DNA from: Caecitellus pseudoparvulus | Taxonomy: Eukaryota > Protista > Bigyra: Bicosoecida | Direction: 5' to 3' | DNA: 64,000 nucleotides | Assembly: GCA_965644315.1 (NCBI GenBank) | Contig: CBFFRQ010000034.1 | Location: 62,001-126,000 of the forward strand | In this document: positions 35,708-47,700 of the stretch, piece after piece | Position numbering within the stretch: the stretch's first letter is position 1 | How the letters are laid out: each line of letters begins with the position of its first letter | Made by a program: the position numbers and the translations under genes | Notes under the pieces: model-generated | Told to the model about the DNA's origin: nothing | Seen by the model: the letters and a program-made list of their open reading frames with translations, nothing else | The model's database searches: none

Positions 35708-36079
35708 TCCACTGCCGCGTGTGGGAGGCTCGGTTGCGGCGTGTGGTTCTCCGCAGAAGTGCTTCTCTCCTTGAGCCGCGTGTTAAACGAAGCAGCGCTC
35801 GGAGTAGGGAGGTGAGTGAGACAATGAGCATGTGTGCGCTGATTTTTGGGGGGATGTCACGGGCTGCAGAGCTTTGCATGAGCATCTTTGCGTGAAGAGC
35901 AGTGATTGCAAGGATCTTGTCCTGCAACCTGCACGGATGCTAGTCGGATAGGCAGCGACTTCCACCCTTTGAACTTGCGCCCGCCCACGGATGTCAATTC
36001 AAACTCACCTAATTGAAGCTTGACGCAGTGCTCCAGGCAGTGGGTGGCAAAGAGGGCCGTTTTTCGGGATTGTGGAACC

Positions 36080-37723
36080 ATGGCAGGCTCGACAGAGCTG
36101 GTGCGTGCGCGGAGCAAGAGCCAGCAACCTGCAGCAGCGCTCACCGCCGTCCTATTGACGAATTCCGCAGCTAAGCTCGCTGTTTGAAGCCATCCATGGC
36201 GTGTCAGCGTACACTTTGAGGAGCGTCTTCTACGACTTGGCGCAGCAGGCCGACGAGACGTGGCAGCGCAGGTTTGTGTACCTGCGTTTCACGCGCGTTT
36301 CGCCCACCTCGCATGTTTGCGCCTGCGCGACGCAGGGCGATCGAAATGCTGCAGGGCAAGGCTCAGGTCGAAGCACCCAGCCTACCCGCAGCATCCATGC
36401 CAGCTTTCACAAGTGATCCCACCCCACCCAGTGTGGCCCAGGCTCCCGACATGAGCTGGTTTGAGCCGCCTGCAAGCCTGGCCAGCTCGCACGCGCTCCC
36501 CCCCGCTCCAGCGCCGACACACCCACTTGGCGACTGCCCCCAGCCCCCTGCCTTGCCCAGCGATCTCTTTGAAGGGCAGGGTGAGCAGGCAAGCACGGAT
36601 TTTGGGGTGGTGCCTGAGGCGGGGACGGGCGTCAGTGTGGTCACTGCCTTGCCGGGGGAGGCTGCCTCGCGGGGAGGTGAAGGTGTTGTTGTTCCGGGTG
36701 GTGTTCCTGATGACGCGCCTGTGGATAGATCCTCCCCAACGCCGCCGGCTGAGGCGGCGCCAGGGGCAGGTGCCTTGTCACGGCAACAGCGTACTGCGGA
36801 CGAACAGGGCGGCGCCTCTTCAGGCAAGGGCGCAGCAATTGCTTCGGCTGCGCCTGCCCCCCTGAGCATCCGCCTCCCTTCTGACTTCTCGGCCCTGGTG
36901 TCGCCTCTGCCCTTTCGATTCCAGCGCCCTGCCGCGTCAGGGGAGGCACACGGCTTCATTTTTCACTGCAACGGGCGCACGCACCCAGAGTGCCTGGCCC
37001 GGGGACTGTTTGGGTGAGTCAACGAGTCACTGCGCCCGGCAGTGGCGGCGCGGCTGCCCGCAGAGCTGCAACCTCCCCGCCCTACCCTTCCCCCGCAGCA
37101 TGCCTGCCTGCCCCGCCAATGAGTCACTGGTGGCGGGGGTGACTCCTGTGTTCACGCAGTTGTTCCTGTTCAACATCGACACGAAGTGCATTGAGGGCGT
37201 GTGGGAGGGCACAGCGCCCGCCGCCCACAACTTGTACCCGTACGCATGGACCGCCAAGCGCTGGGCGGATGTGGCCGAAGATGTGGCTGCCGCTGACTCA
37301 GCTGCCGCCGCCGCCGGCAGCAAGCAGTCGAAGTTCGGCCTGCAGATGCCGGTTCGGCGTGCGTTTGAGGGGCAGGCGTGGGAGTGCCAGGTGCGGCACG
37401 TGCTGCCGCGCTCCAAGCGTGGGCTGGTGCAGGGCCTGAACGAGGAACACACGCTGTTCTTGATCGCGACGCTGGTGCGGAATGCCAGAGAGCCGGAGAT
37501 CGCGTCAGCAGCGAAAGTTGCGCAATCTAAGGTCGCAGCCAAACCGGGCGGAGGCGGCGGCGGTGGTGCCTCGAAGACGACGCCTGCTGCTCCGAGCCAG
37601 AACACAACTACGAACACCCAGGGCAGAGGTAGGGGCAGAAAGGGCAGGCGTGGGCCCCGCCCTGGCACTGGGCGCCAGGTGGATGGGCGGAGGCAGGCCA
37701 AAGCGGCGACTAGCAAAGCGTGA
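36080..37723 (+). CDS. DCD (development and cell death) domain protein with N-terminal CUE/UBA-like helices, 474 aa, 4 exons
   Basis: Exons 36080-36100, 36171-36271, 36336-37013 and 37099-37723 (introns 70, 64 and 85 nt). The spliced sequence GFIFHCNGRTHPECLARGLFGMP...VTP..TQLFLFNIDTKCIEGVWEG...NLYPYAW...SKFGLQ matches the DCD consensus (GxIFxCN...LFGLP...LFLYN...GIFEA...NIDPxAW...FPAQ). Confidence 0.8.
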
Positions 37724-38328
37724 GGGGGGGTACAGCTGCGCCACAGGGGGGTTCGAGGTGCTCTTCAGTCTGCAGACACTCCACCCCGGGCGACACATCC
37801 ATCCGCCTACATAATGAACGCCCAACCACTTTCGTCTATGTACGATTCCGCCCTCACGTTGTGGTGGTTCGGGCGGTGTGTGTGCTGTTGCGGCCGCGGA
37901 ATTTGGTCCGCTGTCAGCACAGAGAAGGAGCCTCCCCGCTCGGCAAGCGCACTTGCGTGCGTTGCTGCTGGCACCCAGATGCTTCAAACATCCTGTCTAG
38001 GTGCGTGATTGACCGATGCAAGCGCTTCACTGTGCCATCTGGGCGACGTATCTGCGCACTGGCTGGGCGTGGCGCGATCCTTCGCTTCACGGCCAATAGC
38101 CAGGGTGTTCAAATCCCGACCCTACAGCAGCTTGCGCGGCTCGTCTGGTCACGAGGCGCGCTGCATCCACACAGTCTTGCCCTGGCGACCAGTGCCAGGC
38201 TGAGATGACGGCATGCCTACACTCACAGCACGCCTACCTGTGCTGCACAGGTCTCCCCCTCCCGGTGTTTCTCAACGCCTCACACACGAAGCAGACCCAC
38301 GCCAGCGCACCAGCCGGCTGGTGTTCCG

Positions 38329-39429
38329 TCAAGAATGCACTCCACCTTGTTCGGCTGTGCTTTGCTCATGCGTGTGAGGCTTGATACCTAGGGCATGCAC
38401 AAACACGCGACGAATGCACGTGCCTTTCTTCCGATTTCTGTTCAGAACACGAGCGTAGGAGGCTTCACGCACTGCCAGCCCGGCTCGACTCAGGAGGCTG
38501 GCGATGTAGTCAGGCGTCGCGTAATACGCGAGGGTCCCGTCTCCACGTGTGAACAACGGCCCAGCCGCACCACGATCCACCAACGCCCGCGCCTTGAAAC
38601 GCAGCATGGCGTGGTCCCACACGCCATAGTCCCGGAAACACAGCGCACCACCCGGGGCCAACGCAGCTGCTGCGTTTCGCACCGCCACTTCGTGCTTGTC
38701 TGGGTGCAGCGCCGAAAGCACGAACATCAGTAGCACAGCCTGCACTCCATGTGCGCCGTGGCGCTGAAACGCATCAGAAGGCGCCGCCGCTCCAAGACTG
38801 CCCTGCGTAATGTCACCCACGAACGCTGTCGTCCGAGTTGCGTCAAAGTCGGGGTGCCCTTGCAACGCAGCAACTGCAGACGGCGCAAAGTCGCTCGCAA
38901 AAACGTGCAGAGTGGGGGAGGGTGTGGTTTGCAACAGCGGCAAGACGTTGCTACCCGCCCCACAGCCCACCTCCCACACAGTGGCAGGGGAGGGGGAGGA
39001 CGTTTCTGGGCCAGGAGGAGCGCCGGCGTGTTCTGGCCCCCCTGACTCGGCGGCGGAACACAGTGCCCGGAGACACGGGAACTCCAACAGCAGAAACATG
39101 CGAGGCTTGAAGAACCGCCCGTGCGTGCTGGCGTGGAACGCCTCCCAACAGCCCCCCTGCACTTCAACACTGACAGCGTCTATCGTCTTCCCCCTACGTG
39201 CTGCTGCGGTAGTGGCACTGCCTTGTGCCGCGGCAGCCGTGCTGGTCAGCCCAGCACCATCGCTCGCCTGGCCAGGGCCACCAGCCCCTCCAGCACCAGC
39301 GTCTTCAAGCTGCGCAAGAAGCTGGTCACGGTATGCGGGCCATCCCCCCTCTTGCACAACCTCCTCCATATCAAAGTCCTCGCAGTGGTACTGCCCTGCT
39401 CCACCACGCGCAAGGTGTCCCGCATCCAT
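38329..39429 (-). CDS. METTL6: tRNA N3-methylcytidine methyltransferase, METTL2/6 (Trm140/141) family, 366 aa
   Basis: Motifs WEAFH...FFKPRMFLLLEFPCL, EVGCGAG (SAM motif I), ASDFAPSAV, MFVLSALHP, FRDYGVWDHAMLRFK and RGDGTLAYY. METTL2 versus METTL6 is not resolved. Confidence 0.9.
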   Translation of the reverse strand: MDAGHLARGGAGQYHCEDFDMEEVVQEGGWPAYRDQLLAQLEDAGAGGAGGPGQASDGAGLTSTAAAAQGSATTAAARRGKTIDAVSVEVQGGCWEAFHASTHGRFFKPRMFLLLEFPCLRALCSAAESGGPEHAGAPPGPETSSPSPATVWEVGCGAGSNVLPLLQTTPSPTLHVFASDFAPSAVAALQGHPDFDATRTTAFVGDITQGSLGAAAPSDAFQRHGAHGVQAVLLMFVLSALHPDKHEVAVRNAAAALAPGGALCFRDYGVWDHAMLRFKARALVDRGAAGPLFTRGDGTLAYYATPDYIASLLSRAGLAVREASYARVLNRNRKKGTCIRRVFVHALGIKPHTHEQSTAEQGGVHS

Positions 39430-39649
39430 GCCGGCGAAACGCAGGCAAAACGCCGGCCCCTAGAAGCAGTGCCCGCTTCACACTGAAGGAATCAAAGCAG
39501 GATTCCTCACAAAAAATGAACTATGGTACAGTGTTCCGGGCGTATGTAACCAGACGAAGCCTTGCTGTCTGGATTTTGCTGCACGCAGCACTCTTGCCGG
39601 GTCTCTGGACCAGCTTGACAGGAACTCGCATTCGCAGGCTCCCGCAAGC
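39430..39649. promoter_or_regulatory. Putative bidirectional promoter, METTL / EFG1
   Basis: 220 bp between divergent ATGs, with a locally AT-rich core (cacaaaaaatgaactat). Confidence 0.5.
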
Positions 39650-41463
39650 ATGGCTCAGGTATTCCGAGACATGCGCCGGGCGGCGTCCCTCAAACGCAAG
39701 CTTGAAGCCGAGGCAGAGGCCCCCTCGTCTTCCGCTGCAGCGGAGGGCCCCCCCAAGCGAGCCACGCTCAAGCAGCGCATTCGCAGTCTACGGCGCTTGC
39801 TCGCGAGCGAGGTGCGTGAACACACCCCAGAGCACCTCGCACATCAACATGGCAAGCAGCGCCGCGCACACGTTTGCTAACTGATTTCGTCTACACAGAC
39901 CCTACCGCCTAAGGCGCACAAGGACAAGCGGCGCATGCTGCGCAAGCTCGAAAGTGCTGTAGGTGATCCAATTTCCGCACGCACTCTTGCCCGGCGCTGC
40001 ACCCACGCGACACCCCCCCCCCCTGCGCGACGCAGCTGGAAAAGAAGTCGTTGGCAAAGAAGGAACTGGCCATGGCCAGTCGGTACCACAAGATCAAGTT
40101 CTTCGAGCGCAAGAAGCTGCAGCGCAAGATCAAACAGGCCGAACGGGCTCTGGCCGAGGCGTCCACTGCTGCCGCTGCTGCCTGCGGACGAGCCAACGAC
40201 TCCGCCGAGTCAGAGCTGGTGGCCGCACGGACACGCCTGGCCCGACTGCAAGAGGACATGAACTACGTCAGGTGGTTTCCGCGTTCCGAGCGTTACATCG
40301 CGCTGTTCGCGGAGGGTGACTCGAAGGCAGACCCCGCCAAGGCTGCTACGCTGCGGCGATGGGCACTGGCCAGCGCCGCAGCTGGCCGGTGGCTGACCAA
40401 GGACGAGGCTTTGCAGGGCCAGGATGACGGTGCGTCTGTGGACGACTCTGGCAGCTCCAGTGATGCCTCTGGGTCAGGGGACGATGAGGAGGAGGGTGCG
40501 GTGGTGAGGGGAACTGGGGTTGTCGTGAAGGAGCGGGCGAAAGCGCGCCAGGCTGCCCCTGACTCCGGGTCAGGGTCAAACTCTGAGTCTGACTCCGAGT
40601 CGGAGTCCGAGTCTGAGTCAGGGGCTGCCTCTGATGCAGCCAGCCCCGACCTGCATGCGTTGAAGCCGGCTCTGCGCGGACCCGACCCGTCAAAACGGCT
40701 GGCCCCACCCCCCTTCGTGCCCCCCCCTGAACACCCCAAAGTGGCAGCCGATGACGAGTCGGGTTTCAAGCTTCCTGACGTGGAGGGCCGGCTCGGCGGC
40801 GACGCGCTGTTCATGGCGATGCCGACGGACGGCGACGGCGACGGCGAAGACGCGGCCACCGGCGACACGCTGTTCGCAGCTGCCGACCCCACCTCCATAG
40901 GCATTGTGTGGAAGGAAGAGGCGATTGGCGGGTTCGAGGGGGATGGGGAGGAAGAAGAGGGGGCTGGGGGCGATGGTGACAACAGTGCGCCACCTGGTCG
41001 CACGTGGCGACCAGGCGGATGGGTTGAAGAACAGCGCGCACGGCAGTACGTGCACAAGGGCAGGTACCGCGACACAGCGGCTGGAGCAGCCCCAGAGTCG
41101 CACGATGCTGCCCACAGTGTGCAGGGGGGGGGCAGACACTGGCGGGCAAGTGATGGCGAGGGTGACGCACGTGGTGGGTTTGGGCAGTTTGGGGCAGGGC
41201 GGGGCCGCGGCGGAGGTCGCGGCGGAGGTCGCGGCGGAGGTCGCGGAGGTGGTCGTGGAGGTGGTCGTGGAGGTGGTCGTGGAGGTGGCCGTGGAGGTGG
41301 TCGCGGGGGCGGTCGTGGAGGTGGCTTCGGTGGAGGGCGACAGGCGGACTCGTTTGGGGGGCACAAACGGTCTTGGAAGAGCACCTCGTCAAGTGCGACC
41401 AGCCGTCCTCCTCGCGCCAAGAAGCCGACTCTCACTTCCAAACGCACTCACATGACGTTCTAG
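39650..41463 (+). CDS. EFG1: rRNA-processing protein Efg1 with acidic and RGG C-terminal extension, 549 aa, 3 exons
   Basis: Exons 39650-39811, 39899-39958 and 40036-41463 (introns 87 and 77 nt; GCTAAC branch point in the first). Efg1 motifs LKQRIRSLRRLL, MASRYHKIKFFERKK and DMNYVRWFPRSERYIALF are present. Confidence 0.9.
41209..41340 (+). repeat. 12-bp tandem repeat encoding (GGGR)9 plus two variant units (RGG/GAR box)
   Basis: GGCGGAGGTCGC and GGAGGTGGTCGT units read directly. Confidence 0.95.
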
Positions 41464-41714
41464 CTTGGAGCCTGCCAGACAGCACCCAAACGATACTTGC
41501 GTGACTTGCTCCGGCTCGAAGTGGCGACGGCAAAGGACTCTTTGGGTCGTTGAGGGGCAGACGAAGAAAATCACAGCGAAGCGCGAAAGTGTCCCTTTGC
41601 TGACTGTCATGGGCAAGGGTCAGACCGCGTGCAAGGCACAGCAATGCCGAAACCATCGACGCCTCTTGACAGAAAATGCATTGCCGGCCCGTTACCTGGC
41701 GCAGTGACTCCTGC

Positions 41715-44700
41715 TCAGGCGGATTTGCGAGCGGGCGGAGTGAGCAGGCCGCTGTCCTCCCCCAGCTCGTCGCCGCTGTGAGTCTCCCAGCAGCTGCTGT
41801 CGGAATCACTTGAGGCGCCGTCACGGGCGGCAGGTTCAGGCAAACTTGCCTTGGAAGCGCTCGCCGCCCCAGCAGCAGTGGCCGGTGCAATGGCGGAGTC
41901 AGCAGTTGGCGGGGAACTGTCTGGCGAGTCGGCCGGCAGGGCGGGAGTCCCTGACGCCTCAACTGCTTCGGCGACTTTGCCAGTGCCATCTGCCTCCGGC
42001 GACGACGCAACTTGGGCTATCGGGGCACTCACATCCGCGACCGGAGAGTCTGCGGGTGGACGTGCTCTGCCGGGTTCATCTCCCACAGGCACGCTCACCG
42101 CAGGAGGGTCGGCGGCTTCATCGCTGCCACCGCTGGACACGAGCAGCAGCGCCGAGCCGCTCTCGCCATGTGCCTGACTTGGGTCCGGTTGCCCCCCTGC
42201 AGCGTACTGCTGCGAACGCGCTCGGCCGCTGCGCCACACCACCACCACCATGCCCAGCACCGCCACGAACAGCACCAGCACCACCAGGGACAAGCCAGCG
42301 TACTGACCCCCCTGCGCCGCCTCTTCATCGCGCACCTGGCCGGCGCCGTCAGTGGCCTCCGAGGTAGGAGGCACGACCTCTACTTGCACACTCACATTCG
42401 ATGCGTGGCCGTGGGCATCAGTGGCAGTCAGTACGAACACACTGCGCCCCAACCGGGCACCAGACACGGCGAGAACACCGTGTCGCGAACCCGGCAAACC
42501 CACCGCGGCACTGGCGTCAGGTGGAGCACTCCATACGAGTTCAGGTCGTGGCTGGGCGTCCTCAAAGTCGCGCGAGTCTCGCCCAGACAAAGCAAGCGTA
42601 CCGCCAAGCGGCAGTTGCGCAGAGTACCCCAGCGGTCCCAGAACAAGAGACCCCGCACCATCCCCGAGCCCCGTGACGTTCACCTTGGGCGGGGCATCCA
42701 CTGTGATGCGCAGGCGAGTAGAGAGCAGCACTCGCGTGCTCGATTGCGACGCCGTGCCGACCACACCCAGGAGCAGGGCTCGCGGCGACACGAGTGCGAC
42801 CAGGGTGGCCTTCAAGGTATACACACCCGGCCCAGGCACGCTGTTCAGCTGCAGAGGCGGGAACGACACCGTCCCAGTGCCAGCTGCCACCCGTGGTTGT
42901 GGCATGGGAGGTGTCACATCCACGCTGAGGCAGGCATCCGGGGCGTGTGGCCACGCGGCTGCCACTGCCTCGGTTATCTCGCAAGAAACTGCTGCAGACA
43001 CCAGGCGCACAGAGGCGGACAGCACCGCGCCAAGGGCAGGCAGGTCCATCTGTGTACTGCCTCGCCACCCGCGCTGTAGATCCCAAGGCAGGGTCTGCCA
43101 CCCAGACACCGCAGGGACATTGGCCAGTACCCGGATGGAGGCTGTGGTCGCAGCGACCTCTCCGCTGTCGTCCGTGACGGTCAACTGCACCACGTACGTC
43201 CCGACGGGGAGAGAGGCATTGCTCTGCAGTGGCGTGTTGAGAGCCGTCGGCATTTGCAGCAGAGCGCTGGTGACCTCAGGCAGAGTCAGTTGCGAGGGAG
43301 GGGCAGACACCACACGCCACGCCGAACTCAACAGTGTGCCGTCTGGGTCGAACGAGGAAGAGCCACGCAGCACGGCCTGTGCGCCACTCCACAACAGCAC
43401 ATCCAAGGCATCCGCTTCGACCCGTGCCTGGGGCGGCAAGTTGAACGTCAGAAGGCGCTCGGCAACGCCCACACCCCCCAGCACATCCCGCACAGACACT
43501 CTGACAACCACGCTGGAAGTCGCGTTCAGGCCCACCACGGTGACTGTGTGGCCCACCGCGGGCCCCAGGCGCGCTGTGAAGCCGCCTCGAAGCAAGGAGT
43601 CAGCAACTGCTTGCACTGCCGGCACGCCAGCGTGCTCTTGCCACACCCCGCTGCCAAGCACGGGGACCATCGCAAATGTGTCGTCAGCGACGCCCCACTC
43701 CAAGTCAGCAATGCCCAGGGCTCGGACGGAGGCGACCAGAGCTGGGTGGATGGAGATGGGGATCTTGTACGCTGCACTCCACTCATACCCAGCAATGGCA
43801 TGCGAGTCTGAGGAGCGAGCAGCCGACACGTTCACTGACTGCTGCCCCCGAACCAGCGGAGCTGACTGCAGCCGAGCAAGGGGCTGGTCGTTCACAAACC
43901 ACTCAAGTGAGGTGCTGTGCGATGCCCCATGCTCATCAGTGGCGGTGACCCCGAGGGTGTACTCACCAGCACACGTCGCACGCACGACAGTGCGCACCGA
44001 TTCTGGCTGCAGGAGCAAGGCACGGCACACAACACCTGAAATGGGAGGCGGAGATCGCAGCACCTGCCAAACGAAGGTGAGCCCTTGGCGTTCCGGGTCA
44101 CTGCTGCTGCCCGCGGTGACCTCGCTTGACGTTTCGGATGGCCACTGCACCACTGGCTGCGCGATGCTCGCGCCTGCAGTGGGCTTGGCGTTCACACGCA
44201 GGATGACGGAGCGCGTGGACCAGGCGTCAAAGTCGTCCACCACGCGGTGGGTGACGTAGTACACGCCGGGGGTGATCACAGGCCCCACCACTGCCGTCTG
44301 ACCATCGCCTACCACCTGCAGCGGCACTGCGTCGCCCAGGGTCAAGTCACCATCCAGTCCGATACCCTGCACAGTCCACGAGCGCTGCGTGATGGTGCCA
44401 TCGGGGTCCACAGACGACGAACCGTCCAGGGTGATCGTGCCAGCTTGCCCTTCGTTCCAAGTGTACACGAGGAAGGAGCTGTTGAAGTCCTTGGCATTGG
44501 TGGTGAAGGCCGTGTGCCCCGCTGCCAGAGCGGCGTCCACCACCACAGCGCCAGCTCCCGCAGGGTCCATGGCCGACACAACTGTCGCGTTGGAGGCTGC
44601 TGTCACGGTCACTGCTGCCTGGGGGCGCAGCTGCTGGAACACGCCGAACTGCGTCAAGTGGCACACGTGCACGCTGTACTGGTTCAGCGCAGGGAACACC

Positions 44701-47700
44701 TCCTCGTACCGGTCCTCCCCTGTGCAGGTGTCCACAGCATTCATCCACTGCTCCGTCGCAGCCGACCAGAAGAACAGCTTCGGCACGCTGGCTTGCTGGG
44801 CCTCCAGGTCCTCGCCAACCTTGTAGAACATGGACACCAGGATGGGCTTGGCAAAGCGGTAGCCCTCCACTGGCTCCCCATCATCATCCAGCGCACGCAG
44901 GGAGAAGGAGTACTCCCCGAACTTGAAGTTGTCAGCCGGCGGCGGCGTCGCGTCGCCATCCACCAGGGATGGGTCGTCGTCGCCTTTCGTCGAGCCGGCC
45001 GTGAACCGCTGCCCTTCTCCCGCTGCACCTGGCGGCAGCTGCACAGCACCCATAGTTGTGGAAGGCACAGCTGCTTCCTCTTGCCCTTCGTAGTCAGTAC
45101 TGGGCGCAGTGTCGAAGCCCATGACCGTTTCCTCGTCAGGCTGTGCCTTGGCATCAGACTTCCCCACGATGAGTCCATCGGACGACGCCACCCCCGACAC
45201 GAGGCCCACTTGGTTGTGGGCTCGAATCCACGTGAACACTGGCGTGCCGGCCGACACATTCTGCAGCAGTGGGCGGCGCACGACCGAGCCGAATGTCTGC
45301 GGGCCGATGAGTTCCCACTGCAGCAGGTCAGGCACAGGCAACATGGACGCGTTGGGGTGCAGCCACTGCCCTTCGAGCAGCGTGGCCTCCAGCGCAAAGG
45401 CAGTGTCGGCCACGTCGTGGGTCGCGATGGCCCACTCGAAGTCAGCTACTTCCCCCTCAACATCCGAACCTGCCTCCCAGTTGTTCGTAAAGGCATCTGT
45501 GAGTGTTTGCTGGTCCAAGTCCGGACCAGACAGACCGTCCTTCACCCACAGCATGACAGGCGCAGTGCGGTCCACAAAGAAGCCGTCTGAACACGAGCTG
45601 TTGCTGGGCAGGCCTGCGCCGTTCACTGCCAGGACACAAGACACGATGTGGTCGCCCTGCTGCAGGTCCAGGCCGCTGATGGTGGTGTTGCGCCGCGTGC
45701 CCACTGAACGCCAGGGCACGCGCTCCACACCGTTGACGAGCACAGACACGAGGTAGTCAGCGATGGAGGACTCGTCGTCCTGGAAGCCCACCCACGACAC
45801 GACGGCAGAGGAGTTGTCCATGGTGAAGGCAATCTCGTCATCGCACAGATCACCGCAGGATTCAGAGTCCTCTGTGGAGTCCAGACTCAGGCCATCTGCC
45901 ACCTGCCCAGCTGCAGGAGGCGTCCAGTCCACACGGAAGATGTGGCTCACCGACATCGTGCTGGCGCCAGTCAAACTGATGGCCTTGATGTCCACCTGGT
46001 AGTCTGCTCCCAGCTCCAGGGGCAAGTCGCCCCACTGCCCGCTAAACACCGTCGTGCCTGCATCAGTGCACACGCGGTCGGTGCAGTCCATGCAGGTGGG
46101 GTCAGCGCCTCCGTGGGACGCAGTCGCAGCTGCAGGGCACGCCTTGCACTTGAAAGGCAGGGCGCCGCTTCGGTCGTGGGCCTTGGAGGTGCCTGGCGTG
46201 CACCAGGTCGCAGCGTACACCGCACCAGTGCTTGTGGCGCTCTCTGCCCAAGTGCTGGCATGCGGAGCGCCAGCCACCAGCAGCGGCCCTGAGTCACTGT
46301 CCATGAACGCCACAGCATGCCCAACATCCGAGGCGGGCCCAGACGGCACGCCTTCCAACGTTGCAGTCTTGATGGCATGGGGCCGCAAGACAGCCACCAC
46401 GCGGCACCAAGGCATGGCGTGGGTAGCATCGGCACTGCCAATGGCGGGAGCAGGAGCCTGCGGTGTGCCTGCTCGCTGCAAGTCCACCTTGAACAGCACA
46501 GCCGCGGACACGCCAGGCGCACCCACCGCCACCAGCAGTTCACCTGACGGGTCTTGCCGCACTGCGACGGAAGCACCCAGCTGGCCAGCGGCAGGGCCGG
46601 CGAAGCTGCACACCTCCACCCCACTGGACGCTTCAACCATGCGCACTGCACCGTTTCCAGATCCTGCACTAGCTGCGCCAAGCACCACAAGGCCTGCTGA
46701 CGATGCGGTGGCCGTCACATTGCTGGCGAGGTCTGCAGGGGTCAGGGCTGAAACGGAAACGTCGGGCACTGACACACCCGGAGCAGTGCCCTCTACCTGC
46801 CCAAGCTCGAGCACATGAAGCACTTGGCTGTCACCACGCACAAGCACACCGGCATGCTCCACTTGCTGAGCACCCAGAGCGCCACACTCGCCGTCCAGGC
46901 TCAGCGTGACGATGGCAACCGTTCCGTTGGGGCCAACTGCCATGACACTCGCCGTTGATCCCGCCACAGACAGGTGGCTCGGTTGCGGGCTGAATGCAGT
47001 GAAGGCGGCGCCTGTGGCGTTGGCTGCGTCAGCTGCAGCCACTGTGCACACGACTTCAGCAGCGAGGCGCCCCTGCTGCAACTCGAACAGGGTCACCTGG
47101 CCAGCCTGCACAGCAACAAGGCCGAGATCACCGGCCTGTCCTGTGAGCGCGGCCAGACTCGGCACGCTCTGCTCGCTCAAGGGAACGCGCGCAGCATCAG
47201 CGCCTTGCAGCAGAACGATCGCTCCACGCGCTGAAGCTGCCAGCACTCCATGCGACAATCCCACCAAGCCACTCCCTAGCGACTCAGTCTGCGTCGTTGG
47301 CTTCCAGGCCCAGTCAAAGGGCAGGTGCAGCGAGAGCAGCTCGTTGTAGGAGCTGCAGCATGCAGACCAGGCAGAAGCGTATGCTGGGCCAGTGACTTCC
47401 CACGGAGTCACCACTTGTGACGTGCTCTCGGTGGAGTTTGCGAGGCTGAAAAGAGTGGCGTTGGGCACGGGACCCTCCGTGGCATTCCCGTCTCGAACCG
47501 TGTTTGCCAGCTCTGTCGCGTTTCCGACGGGGCTGGTGTCAAAGACAGTCTCGTTGGTTGCCACGCTCGTGTTCAACAGTGTCACTGGAAGGTCCTCCAC
47601 TGGCAAGAAGACCCGCAGTTGCCACTCAAAGTGGCTGATGGGCGCTGCAGGCACTGCCCAGTCCACATCTGTTCCGTTGCCCGCCTGCACCTGTGTGCCG

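Noticed and set aside
35655-36144. Minus-strand ORFs upstream of the 744-aa gene as extra exons
   Set aside because: I could not identify a convincing donor/acceptor pair, and part of the region overlaps the DCD gene start. Left unresolved.
37724-38328. 605-bp convergent gap and ORF 37720..38208 as a small gene or ncRNA
   Set aside because: No recognisable protein, tRNA cloverleaf or snoRNA boxes; probably UTRs.
13019-40035. Introns as introner transposable elements
   Set aside because: They share only short words, with no end-to-end similarity, terminal inverted repeats or target-site duplications.
41209-41340. Regular repeat that could be taken for a CRISPR or telomeric array
   Set aside because: It has no spacers, and variation is largely at synonymous positions of a GGGR-coding repeat.
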